This document shows, piece by piece, positions 1 through 8,091 of a stretch of 32,000 nucleotides of DNA. This DNA is from Hyperthermus butylicus DSM 5456 (GTDB lineage: Archaea > Thermoproteota > Thermoprotei_A > Sulfolobales > Pyrodictiaceae). Where the stretch lies: contig NC_008818.1 of the NCBI RefSeq assembly GCF_000015145.1, forward strand, positions 1,020,001-1,052,000. Direction: 5' to 3'. Under the pieces are notes generated by a model, which was given only the letters and a program-made list of their open reading frames with translations, had not been told where the DNA came from and searched no databases. Within the stretch, counting starts at the first letter, position 1; each line of letters opens with the position of its first letter. Made by a program: the position numbers and the translations under genes.

Positions 1-213
1 GCATATACCGCCCTGTGCGGCGATTATAGCGTACATTTACTCGGCAAGCTCGAGCAGATGAGTAGTGGTGAGAAGCTCAAAGTATATGTCGCTAAGAGCA
101 GTGCTGGCCTTCTAAAGGAGTCTGTGAAAGCCATAACCTCTGCTGGCCTAGCTGAACTCGCTGGAGAGGGGGAGGAGGGAGACGCCTACTACGTCATCCT
201 AGTGAAGAGGTAG
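1..213 (+). CDS. 3' end of a CDS entering from upstream; small TusA/SirA-like domain (partial)
   Basis: Frame 1 is open from base 1 to TAG 211-213 (..ALCGDYSVHLLGKLEQMSSGEKLKVYVAKSSAGLLKESVKAITSAGLAELAGEGEEGDAYYVILVKR*). The order of elements (Cys before a helix, GE.L.V strand, C-terminal YY.I.VKR) resembles the TusA fold, but the CPxP motif reads CGDY here. Confidence 0.35.
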   Translation, partial: AYTALCGDYSVHLLGKLEQMSSGEKLKVYVAKSSAGLLKESVKAITSAGLAELAGEGEEGDAYYVILVKR

Positions 214-229
214 CGGGGGGTGGGGCCGC

Positions 230-820
230 TTGGCCCTCCTCCTACCCCTAAGTGCAGGGTTTTACGTATTTGCCGGAACGCTTGTTCTGGTGCTGGCGGC
301 GGGCATAGCTGCCACAGTGAGGAGCAGAACGGTTCTCGGCATTACTCCTCAGGCTAGGGTTCTCCGTTCCGCCTATGCCTCGCTGCTCCTGGGGAGCACT
401 AGGTCCTTTGTAGCCGCTATTGCTAGCTTCGTGTTCCACCTGGGCCTAGTGGTTATCGCTGTTCTCCACCTAACAATGCTTGGATACCTTGGCGCTAGAC
501 TCTACGTACTAGACGCGGGGGCTTTCCAGGCGATCATATACTGGCTCCGCGCGGTAGCAAAGACTGTAGCATTGTCGGGGACCATACTCCTACTCCTACA
601 TGTAGAACAGATGCTGCGGGGCTTCAGGCCAGCACTGGGCAGCATTACTGGCACTCTAATCCTCACAACGGCAGCCCTAGCCATAGCCACGGGGTATGCA
701 TCGCTAAATACTCACATAGCCCTGGGGCTCCTAGGAGCAGCATATGCCGCCTACACGGTGCTCAGCAGCCACATAACCAGAGGCTCGAAGCTCCTCGCCC
801 AGAGGATCCTCCGCACATAA
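230..820 (+). CDS. polytopic membrane protein, function unknown
   Basis: 196-aa ORF with a TTG start 16 nt after the previous stop and a G-rich SD-like run upstream. It has about 6 hydrophobic segments, no Cys, and several His residues inside hydrophobic helices. The antisense ORFs have implausible composition. Confidence 0.6.
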   Translation: MALLLPLSAGFYVFAGTLVLVLAAGIAATVRSRTVLGITPQARVLRSAYASLLLGSTRSFVAAIASFVFHLGLVVIAVLHLTMLGYLGARLYVLDAGAFQAIIYWLRAVAKTVALSGTILLLLHVEQMLRGFRPALGSITGTLILTTAALAIATGYASLNTHIALGLLGAAYAAYTVLSSHITRGSKLLAQRILRT

Positions 821-1257
821 AAGCCTCAAGCCATAAGCCAGCTCTCCAGCACGATAGACAGTATAGACGCGCCTTTCCACAGACTATAGGACCACTAGGT
901 ACGATGCTAAGCCGTGCTGTGGGGCACAGAGGCACGTAAGCATAGCGCAGCGGGTTGATCATCGCTGCTGCCGGGAGGATATGGATACTGGTGCCATAGC
1001 GACAAATATGGCGGCGCGGCAGAGAGGAGCCTAACCTGGAACGAGTATAGAGGTCCACATGCCGCGTATATCCCTCGTGTACGATACTGCTTGCGCTACC
1101 TCACCACCACGATCTCTGAGCGTGTGCTAATGGGAACCAGGGCTATGGCGATGCCTGGGCCCGGCGAGACCCCTGGAAGCGGTGGTTGTAGGGCTCGGGA
1201 AGCGTGAAACCATGGTTCCTGCATGCCTCGACAATGGATGGCCTGGTAAGGCATAAA

Positions 1258-1275
1258 TGTGTCTCCGGAGACACA
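1258..1275. repeat. 18-bp perfect palindrome TGTGTCTCCGGAGACACA
   Basis: Read directly: the sequence equals its own reverse complement. It lies in an ORF-free gap about 130 nt upstream of the ATG at 1408. Confidence 0.9.
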
Positions 1276-1407
1276 CTCATGCTCAGCTCTAACGTGCAGC
1301 ACTCGTCAGGCTCCAACGAGCCCTAGGCCTACTCATAGACGATATTGCCGGGCTGTTCTACCCCCTCTACCAGGCTGCCCGAGAGGCTACTCTACCCCAA
1401 GGACAGA

Positions 1408-2184
1408 ATGGAGGAGATCTACGCCTGGCACATTAGGCTCCCAGAGCTGAGCCAGCTCGCCAGCTTCCTCATCCTCGGCTACCTCTTCGGCTACGTGCTC
1501 AACACCCCGAGCCACTACCGGCTAGGCTTCATAGCGTTCGGGCTAGCGTCGCTGCTAACGACTCTCTACCTGGTAAAGTTCCTGCCAAGGCTCGACGCCG
1601 AGGAAAGGATCAGCGTTGAGGGCTTCAAGTTCAGGGTTGACAGGGAGTTCAAGCTCATACTGCTAGTCGAGGCCCTAATAACCCTCGCATGGTCGCTAGC
1701 ACCGGAGATAGTACTCCTCAACTACATAGTAAACGTGTTGGGGCTAACACTGTTTGAGGCAATGCTCGTCGAGGCATTCATATCGCTAGGTGCAATCCTA
1801 GCAACATACATATCGAAGATGCTGGATCGCCACCACCGCTTCAAAGCCATGGCCATAGGCTATAGCCTCGTATCGCTATGGGCGCTAATAATGTCCCAGG
1901 GAGCACCGTTCCCCCTTGTACTCGCTGCACACTTCTGCAAGGCTTGGCGAGGTACTCGCCTTCCCATCTACCGTTCATGGATCCTATCAAAGATCCCAAG
2001 AGAGAAGGCTAGCAGCCTACTCTCAGCACTCTCCAGCTACAGGAAGCTAATCGCACTCGCCTCACCAGCTATAGCGGGCAGCCTCGCAGAGCTAAACCCA
2101 ACACTACCATACTACGCCAGCCTAGCATTATTCATAGCCGCAACACTAGCACTACTAGCCCACGCCTACAGAGAACACACGTAG
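1408..2184 (+). CDS. integral membrane protein resembling the C-terminal half of an MFS permease (possibly 5'-truncated)
   Basis: The ORF opens at 1345; ATG 1408 (MEEIYAW..) is the more plausible start. It has a charged central-loop-like segment (FLPRLDAEERISVEGFKFRVDREFK) followed by about 6 TM helices. An MFS motif-A-like loop (ISKMLDRHHRFKAMAIGY) is present. At about 258 aa it is only half the usual MFS length. Confidence 0.55.
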   Translation: MEEIYAWHIRLPELSQLASFLILGYLFGYVLNTPSHYRLGFIAFGLASLLTTLYLVKFLPRLDAEERISVEGFKFRVDREFKLILLVEALITLAWSLAPEIVLLNYIVNVLGLTLFEAMLVEAFISLGAILATYISKMLDRHHRFKAMAIGYSLVSLWALIMSQGAPFPLVLAAHFCKAWRGTRLPIYRSWILSKIPREKASSLLSALSSYRKLIALASPAIAGSLAELNPTLPYYASLALFIAATLALLAHAYREHT

Positions 2185-2559
2185 GTAGCTTTGTACGGCG
2201 AAAAGAACTCCATTGCAACGCTAGTCAGCTAGAGGAACGGTAAACGGGAAAGAGAGTTAGCCCTTGGAAAATAGAGAGATGCGGGGGAGAAAAACTGGGT
2301 GGGAAAAACTCCCTCCACCGAGGCCGGTATCTCAGCCTATCTCTTCACCGTGGTGTGGTATCACTTCGTTTAGCTCTAAGTCAAGCTGGCTGGCTATTGC
2401 ATGTGTTACTAGCATCTTTGCTACTAGTAGGGCTGCTAGGGCTAGTGGTGCAAGCTCACGAAGCCTTAACACCAGACTGGTTAGCCTCCTCATCCCTTAC
2501 ACCCCTCCGCCTGGTCCGTGAAAAGTGGTGCAGGCGGTCCCTCATGTAAGGTGGTCAGG

Positions 2560-3624
2560 ATGGGCTCCTTGAAGCGTAAAGGACTACCGGTGATATCACG
2601 CATCCTAGTTCTCCTTTCATGCTACGACTACAGGCTTGAGGCCGAAAAGTTCGGCGTAGTAAAACAAACTATACACCCCATGGTTGCCTCAGCCCGAAAG
2701 AAGTACAAGCCCGTCTATCACATCAAGGACCTGAGGCCCCTGGGCTTCGCCACAATACTAGCCACTATGAGAGACAGGGAGCTGTGGCGCAAACTAGCAA
2801 ATACTAATAGTGTAGAGTACATAGAGAACCATGTTGTGTTGGGGAGGTATGTTTCATCGATAGTGTTAACAGTTGATGGACACATAATAGTGACCTACAA
2901 TGTGCCAAAAATACTACTTGATGATGCTGTCTCGGTCGTAGAGAAGTGGTATACTGATAGACAGGGGGAGGTCGTTGTTGGAGAGACTATGCCGGTTAGG
3001 AACTGTGCTGGGGTCGTTGGGCAGCTAGCTCTACCGAGTCTTGAGCAGCACTACCACGTAGCTAGGATGTTTGAGGAGTATCGTAGCCGTATGCCCTTCA
3101 TGGACTATATACTCTTATCGATACTCGATCATGATCCACTTCTCCCGCTTAGCGATGTGAGAAACCTTGTGCATGCTATAGAGGCTAGGATAGAGAAGGA
3201 GATTGGGGAGGGCCTACTACGCTACAGGTACGTGCTACGTCATTATCGTTCACTCTCAGAGAAAGGGGTGCTAGGTCGTGCCCGCATACCCAAGATAATA
3301 GAAGAACCTAAAACGGCGATAAGCATTATTGCTGAGGAAAAGTGTGCTCCCAAACTATACGCCTATGCGGCAGCGTATCTTGCATCAAGCAGGATGTTCA
3401 TATCCAAGAGTACTCTAGTGGTGGGGCTGTATGTTCCGCAAACCGTGGTAAATCGGCTAGCCGAGGAAGCCTATGATTGTATTATTGAGGCCTACGTGCC
3501 TGTGAAGGGGTTCCTGGCGCCGTTTCCGTTTGAGATGTATGATCCGATTAGGGATGAGTGGAGCCTGGAGCCGGTGTCGCAAGACATAGTCAACTTGCTA
3601 AGAAAGTTCCGGCTACTAGCGTAA
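2560..3624 (+). CDS. hypothetical protein with HTH-like segments
   Basis: The ORF opens at 2518; ATG 2560 has GGTGG 8 nt upstream. Segments such as RLEAEKFGVVKQTIHPMVASARKK and MDYILLSILDHDPLLPLSDV..VLRHYRSLSEKGVLGRARIP look like Lrp/AsnC-style HTH modules. No enzyme motif is seen, and the gene is markedly AT-rich. Confidence 0.6.
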   Translation: MGSLKRKGLPVISRILVLLSCYDYRLEAEKFGVVKQTIHPMVASARKKYKPVYHIKDLRPLGFATILATMRDRELWRKLANTNSVEYIENHVVLGRYVSSIVLTVDGHIIVTYNVPKILLDDAVSVVEKWYTDRQGEVVVGETMPVRNCAGVVGQLALPSLEQHYHVARMFEEYRSRMPFMDYILLSILDHDPLLPLSDVRNLVHAIEARIEKEIGEGLLRYRYVLRHYRSLSEKGVLGRARIPKIIEEPKTAISIIAEEKCAPKLYAYAAAYLASSRMFISKSTLVVGLYVPQTVVNRLAEEAYDCIIEAYVPVKGFLAPFPFEMYDPIRDEWSLEPVSQDIVNLLRKFRLLA

Positions 3625-3925
3625 GTGTGGAGGATGCAAGAGATGACACGTGATCGCCATCGATGACATTCTCGATTAAGCGTGATACGATCTTAGCGAT
3701 AGACGGGGAGATCTCCTCTACGAGGCGCATAGCCTTTTCTAGATTCTTTACGGCTAGGACAGCGAAGGGGACACCGTAGCGTGTTTTAGAGCTAGCGTTC
3801 AGCACTGCATAGAGCCCTGGCATTGCTCGGCGCAGGTATGCGTCAATCCTTTGCCAGCTCATCCCTGGCACCGATCCTGTATTAACTCGTGGTAATAGTT
3901 TTGACAGTATCCCGGGGACAGGCAT
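3590..3925 (-). CDS. small hypothetical protein (111 aa)
   Basis: ATG-initiated ORF with a TTATATAA box 19-26 nt upstream. Amino-acid composition is balanced. It overlaps the 3' end of the convergent 2560-3624 gene by 35 nt. I recognise no family. Confidence 0.4.
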   Translation of the reverse strand: MPVPGILSKLLPRVNTGSVPGMSWQRIDAYLRRAMPGLYAVLNASSKTRYGVPFAVLAVKNLEKAMRLVEEISPSIAKIVSRLIENVIDGDHVSSLASSTLTLVAGTFLAS

Positions 3926-3943
3926 GAAGCCTGCCTGACCAAA

Positions 3944-3951
3944 TTATATAA
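3944..3951 (-). promoter_or_regulatory. TATA-box-like element for the 3925 ORF (leaderless-type spacing)
   Basis: TTATATAA (palindromic) lies 19-26 nt upstream of ATG 3925 on the minus strand. This matches archaeal TATA-to-start spacing for leaderless mRNAs. Confidence 0.35.
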
Positions 3952-3974
3952 GGAGGGCCCGTGTCATATGATTA

Positions 3975-4004
3975 TTTATACAATTATGTTTTATACAATT
4001 ATGT
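3975..4004. repeat. perfect 15-bp tandem duplication (TTTATACAATTATGT x2)
   Basis: Read directly: 3975-3989 equals 3990-4004. It is AT-rich, and each unit carries a TTTATA/TATAAA TATA-like core. It lies 14 nt beyond the 3' end of tRNA-Arg. Confidence 0.95.
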
Positions 4005-4017
4005 AGTGTCGAGTTGT

Positions 4018-4095
<78 letters not shown>

Positions 4096-4229
4096 AGCCA
4101 GGCTCCATGTAGACTGCTATTCTCTGACGGGGGCTGCGTTATATTCGTTGCTGGCTGGGGTTTGTCTCTGGGTTTTTGAGGGGCTCCCGGTGGGTTTACT
4201 GGCTGGAGTAGTGGGGGTATAGGATTCCC

Positions 4230-5063
4230 TTGGCTGGTATTGTTGTGTCTGCTCAGCAGCCGGGTGGACTTGAGCAGATTGGTGACTTGTTGGCGCTGGC
4301 TATTGGGCTGCTAATAGTCATAATAATACTGGCGTACAGTATCCGTGTTGTACGGGAGTATGAGAGGGTTGTGGTGTTCCGTCTCGGCAGGATTATCGGT
4401 GCTAAGGGACCCGGCATAGTCATAGTTATACCCATCATTGACCGTGTGGTCATGGTTGACCTGCGTATCCATACGGTTGACGTGCCGAGGCAGAGGATCA
4501 TAACTAGGGATAATGTTGAGGTTTCTGTGGATGCCGTTGTCTACTATCGTGTGCAGGACCCGATTAAGGCTGTTACGACTGTGCGCAACTACCATCTCGC
4601 CGTCACAATGCTGGCGCAGACCGTGTTGAGGGATATCATTGGCAAGAGCGAGCTGGACGACCTGCTGACCCGGAGGGATGAGATCAACAAGGAGCTGCAG
4701 AAAATCCTCGACGAGTTGACAGATCCATGGGGTATCAAGGTTACAGCTGTAACGTTGAAGGAGGTTGTACTGCCCGAGGGTCTCGTAAGGGCTATGGCTA
4801 GGCAGGCTGAGGCTGAGAGGTGGAGGAGGGCTAAGATAATCGAGGCTGAGGGCGAGAGGCAGGCAGCCAAGATACTCGCTGAAGCAGCTGAGATCTATGA
4901 GCAGCACCCGGCCGCGCTGAGGCTGCGTGAGCTATCCACGCTCCTCGAGGTGGCTAAGGAGAAGAACCTCATAGTCTTCTACCCGCTAACCGCTGGCTTC
5001 GAGGGTGTTGCAAGCCTTACAGCGCTTGCCGAGGCTCGGAAGAGGAGTGGGGAGAGCCGGTAG
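4230..5063 (+). CDS. stomatin/prohibitin-family (SPFH, band 7) membrane protein
   Basis: N-terminal TM helix followed by VREYERVVVFRLGR..GPG..IPIIDR..VDLR..RDNVEV.VDAVVYYRV.DP. A coiled-coil tail (ARQAEAERWRRAKIIEAEGERQAAK) follows. This is the classic stomatin signature; the start codon is TTG. Confidence 0.93.
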   Translation: MAGIVVSAQQPGGLEQIGDLLALAIGLLIVIIILAYSIRVVREYERVVVFRLGRIIGAKGPGIVIVIPIIDRVVMVDLRIHTVDVPRQRIITRDNVEVSVDAVVYYRVQDPIKAVTTVRNYHLAVTMLAQTVLRDIIGKSELDDLLTRRDEINKELQKILDELTDPWGIKVTAVTLKEVVLPEGLVRAMARQAEAERWRRAKIIEAEGERQAAKILAEAAEIYEQHPAALRLRELSTLLEVAKEKNLIVFYPLTAGFEGVASLTALAEARKRSGESR

Positions 5064-5487
5064 CCTGTAACACTACCCTGGGAGCACTACACTCCGTTCC
5101 AATGTTTTTCCTCGCAGCCCATGCGTCGAGGGGATGCCCCTGCTCGCAATACATGTTATCTACCCGTGTGGTGCCTGGATTGCTTAGCAGTAAAAACAAT
5201 GTATTGGGAACAGAATGGGTCGGACCATGAATCCTTGGCATATCTTGGTTTGGGGCATGGTTGTTCTAGTGTTTGTGGTGCTTAATAGCGTGTGTGTATG
5301 GCTTAGAGTAGTGGATGTGGAGCTTTTCGGGGAGCGAGACCCGCAGCCCCGGGGTTGTCAAGCTGCGGGGATGACTGGGCGGTTACCCAGCCGAATGCCT
5401 AATTTTTTCTAGGCTCCTGGATTCCCCGGTGTAGGCTCAAAGGATTTTTACGAATGGTGTACGTGTTGTTGTGCTGGTGGCTCGGCT

Positions 5488-5907
5488 GTGGCTAGGCTTG
5501 AGCCTGGGCTCCGGTGTGTTGAGGAGTTTCGTGTTGAGGAGGAGCATACAGCAAGCCATGTGGGTAGTGGGACTGTGAGGGTTCTCTCGACGCCTGCAAT
5601 GATAGCGTTTATGGAGATAACTGCTCTACATTGTGCTCAGAGGTACCTGGGGGAGGGGGAGACCACGGTAGGCACAATGGTCTGTGTGCGACACCTTGCG
5701 CCAGCTCCGGTTGGCGTGGTTGTGCGTGTTGAGGCTGTGCTCGAGAAAGTTGAGGGTAGGCGGCTCCTGTTCCGTGTCCGGGCCTGGTGGGGTGATACAC
5801 TGCTGGGTGAGGGTGAGCACGAGCGCTACATCGTGAACACGGAGAGGTTTCTGGCGAAAGTGGAGAAGATGCTGAGGGAGAAGCAGGAGAAAGAGACAAA
5901 AAGCTAG
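5488..5907 (+). CDS. hotdog-fold thioesterase family protein
   Basis: 139 aa. Segments VEEEHTASHVGSGTVRVLSTPAMIAFMEITA and GTMVCVRHLAPAPVG..V.VEA match the small thioesterase (FlK-like/4HBT-like) pattern. GTG start. Confidence 0.8.
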   Translation: MARLEPGLRCVEEFRVEEEHTASHVGSGTVRVLSTPAMIAFMEITALHCAQRYLGEGETTVGTMVCVRHLAPAPVGVVVRVEAVLEKVEGRRLLFRVRAWWGDTLLGEGEHERYIVNTERFLAKVEKMLREKQEKETKS

Positions 5908-6569
5908 GCTTCACCGAAGCTGCGGTCTCCGGCATCGCCCAGGCCGGGGACTATGAAGCCCTTCTCGTTCAGCTCTGGGTCCACGGCTCCGACCACAACA
6001 GCTATTTCCCCCTTCACGGCTTCGCGGAGTGTCTCTAGCCCCTCCCGAGTAGCTATCAGGGAAACCACCACGATTCTCTTGGCGCCTTCCCGCTCTAGGC
6101 GGGCCACGATCCTCGACAATGTGCTTCCCGTAGCTAGCATGGGGTCCACGGCGATGACGGTCTTATCCTTCACTGGGGGCACCCTCCAGTAGGGTACCTC
6201 CACGTCGAACACTAGCCTACCTTCCTGCTGCCTCCCCGTATCCTCGAGCCTCGTCGCGGCGGCGAAGCCTAGCACGGCGCGGGGGTAAAGTTCGAGGAGC
6301 CCCATAGCCATGGGTGCTGCCGCGCGGAGAACAGCAACCACCACAAGCTCTTCATCAGCTACCCGTACAGCGGAAGCTGTGGCGCCAAGGGGGGTTCTCA
6401 CAGTATCCCGTCTAGATGGGAGGAACCTGGCAGCCTCGTAGCCGAGGAGTATCCCGGCGAGCCTCAGCAGCTCCCGGAATCTCCACGGCTCGGTATGCTC
6501 GTCACGCAGTTCTAGGAGGATGCGTTGGAGGGCAGGATTCTCAGCGACGTGTAGCTCTAGACGGCTCAC
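5904..6569 (-). CDS. upp: uracil phosphoribosyltransferase
   Basis: 221 aa. The PRPP-binding loop VIAVDPMLATGST and the C-terminal IVPGLGDAGDR are characteristic of Upp. Confidence 0.92.
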   Translation of the reverse strand: MSRLELHVAENPALQRILLELRDEHTEPWRFRELLRLAGILLGYEAARFLPSRRDTVRTPLGATASAVRVADEELVVVAVLRAAAPMAMGLLELYPRAVLGFAAATRLEDTGRQQEGRLVFDVEVPYWRVPPVKDKTVIAVDPMLATGSTLSRIVARLEREGAKRIVVVSLIATREGLETLREAVKGEIAVVVGAVDPELNEKGFIVPGLGDAGDRSFGEA

Positions 6570-6622
6570 CGGCCACCCAGATGGGGCCGCTACCGGGGCG
6601 TCCAGGGTTTATCAAGTCTGTG

Positions 6623-7012
6623 CTAGCCTAGCTGCATCCCGGACCGGCAGAGGGCCTCCACGAGACCGTAAACAGTGTCCACGAGAGCCTCGGCTAGCGC
6701 AACCTCGACCTCAGACTCTAGCCGCGGGAGCTTCTCAACCCTCAGCGCTACACCCTGCAGCACAGCCTGCAGCCTATCAGCCAGCTCCCCCACGGTACAG
6801 CGGGGCTCCACGCTACCCCAACACCCCGCGATGCAGGGCTCTACAGCCCCGGAGAGCGTCTCAGCCGCGCGCCGCAGCAGTCTGGCAAGCCCACTACCCC
6901 TCCCCCGCCCCTTACCCAGCGCCTCCGAGGCATCAGAGAGAATCGATAGTGCAACATCGCAGGCCTCGCGGAGAGCCCTGCTACAATCCCTATCCTGCAC
7001 CACCACAGCCAC
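6623..7012 (-). CDS. hypothetical helical protein (129 aa)
   Basis: It sits in series with 6990-7568 and upp on the minus strand and overlaps its upstream neighbour by 23 nt. Composition is plausible, whereas the plus-strand ORFs covering it are P/R/A/S-rich antisense artefacts. No family recognised. Confidence 0.4.
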   Translation of the reverse strand: MAVVVQDRDCSRALREACDVALSILSDASEALGKGRGRGSGLARLLRRAAETLSGAVEPCIAGCWGSVEPRCTVGELADRLQAVLQGVALRVEKLPRLESEVEVALAEALVDTVYGLVEALCRSGMQLG

Positions 7013-7568
7013 CCAGGACTTCTCTGGCGTGCAGAGTGTAAAATGCTAGGAGTAGTATGATGCTTGTAAGCTCTGGTGGTGCTGCTCCAGGCGGTGTATC
7101 CCTCACTAGGTGCATGTACCAGAGCAAGCTGGTTGATGCGGTGCCCAGTGCTGCTGTTGCCAGCAGCTTGGGGCTGCGCTTCGCGCTGTAGGCTATGACG
7201 TAGGGTATCATTGCGAGGAAGAACGCGGCAGAGGCCACGAAGTGTGCATGACCATATGTCTCGTCGAACACTGCTACTAGCCCGAGCGTGAAGCCGACCA
7301 GGGCTAGGAGGACTGCCTCGAGCCCTCCAGCCCTAGGGATGCAGAGAACCGCGTAGACCGTGATTAGCACAGCGCCGGTGTAAAGCGCCGAGTTAAACAC
7401 TATGGCTGTTACGGGGTCGTAGCGCGGATTGCCAAGGTCGCTAAACGCGTTGTCCCAGAAGCTCCACCAGCCCGAAGCAAGCGTGGCCGCAACGGCTATA
7501 CCGGCGAGTGGTATGAGGGGCCCAGCTACAGCGAGAAGCATGCAGAGCTTGCACCGAGCCTTTGGCAA
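6990..7568 (-). CDS. membrane protein, DUF998-like
   Basis: 192 aa with about 6 TM helices. The N-terminal W..NAFSDLG motif after TM1 matches my recollection of the DUF998 family; that family assignment is tentative. Confidence 0.65.
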   Translation of the reverse strand: MPKARCKLCMLLAVAGPLIPLAGIAVAATLASGWWSFWDNAFSDLGNPRYDPVTAIVFNSALYTGAVLITVYAVLCIPRAGGLEAVLLALVGFTLGLVAVFDETYGHAHFVASAAFFLAMIPYVIAYSAKRSPKLLATAALGTASTSLLWYMHLVRDTPPGAAPPELTSIILLLAFYTLHAREVLGGCGGAG

Positions 7569-7676
7569 GGACGACTAGTCCCCAGAGTACCACTCCCCGG
7601 GCTTGCAGCTGAAAACCGCTTTCCCAGAGCGGGCCCTGAGCGTGTTCGGGGAGAGTAGCCGGCGGCGGTTATCGGT

Positions 7677-7964
7677 CTAGACCACGAAGAGAGCGCGTGG
7701 CGAGAACAGTACTCTATCGCCATCCTTTAGCCTCGTCTCTAGGCCGTCTAGGAAGTCTATCCTCCGCCCATTAACAGCTATCTCCACGGGGTAGCGTGGC
7801 TCACCCTTCTCATCCAGAATCCAGCTCTTAAAACCCGGCTTAACCTGGCTATCGATGTATTCTATGAGGTCCCTAACGGTGGCCCCCTCAGCCAGCTCTA
7901 TCTCGAGCTCAAAGCGACCCATTAGCTCGTAGAACTCCTGGATAAACACAGCCTTTACCTTCAA
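7677..7964 (-). CDS. MoaD/ThiS-like beta-grasp protein lacking a C-terminal Gly-Gly
   Basis: 95 aa, TTG start with GGAGG upstream. The pattern ..TVRDLIEYI.....VAVNGRRIDFLDGLETRLKDGDRVLFSP.. follows archaeal MoaD-type proteins. The protein ends ..SPRALFVV* where ..PPVSGG* is expected. Confidence 0.7.
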   Translation of the reverse strand: MKVKAVFIQEFYELMGRFELEIELAEGATVRDLIEYIDSQVKPGFKSWILDEKGEPRYPVEIAVNGRRIDFLDGLETRLKDGDRVLFSPRALFVV

Positions 7965-8091
7965 GCCTTGCAGCCCCTCCTTCCAGGCCGTAGTACCGGG
8001 GCTCCGGGGAGATGGTGAGGGTTGTGGTGTCGGGCTCTACTCTTATCCCTAGCTCCGAGCCTATGCTTTCGATGGTCACCTCTGGCTACTA

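Noticed and set aside
1133-1219. Possible structured RNA (GGAACCA/TGGTTCC long-range pair, CCAGG/CCTGG hairpin, 'GCGTGAAAC' reminiscent of an RNase P motif)
   Set aside because: No RNase P CR-I (GAGGAAAGTCC) or SRP helix-8 motif is present on either strand. The helices are short, and G+C is no higher than the surroundings.
2315-2337. Patchy similarity (CCACCG-AGGCCGG-TATC-TCAGCC) to the body of tRNA-Arg, as a possible second att site for the AT-rich islet
   Set aside because: Only short blocks match once large gaps are allowed. It does not cover the tRNA 3' end, where archaeal integrases duplicate sequence. It is indistinguishable from chance.
2355-2549. 64-aa hydrophobic ORF upstream of the HTH-like gene
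   Set aside because: Apart from hydrophobicity it has no support, and it overlaps another equally weak ORF (2264-2521). Not called.
5215-5412. 65-aa ORF with one TM helix downstream of the stomatin gene, as a possible NfeD partner
   Set aside because: There is no OB-fold-like C-terminal sequence, the tail is R/P-rich, and NfeD normally precedes stomatin. Support is insufficient.
6520-7049. Plus-strand ORFs of 173 aa and 124 aa (6520-7041, 6675-7049)
   Set aside because: Both are extremely P/R/A/S-rich, the typical look of an antisense frame in GC-rich coding DNA. They lie opposite better-formed minus-strand genes (6623-7012, 6990-7568).
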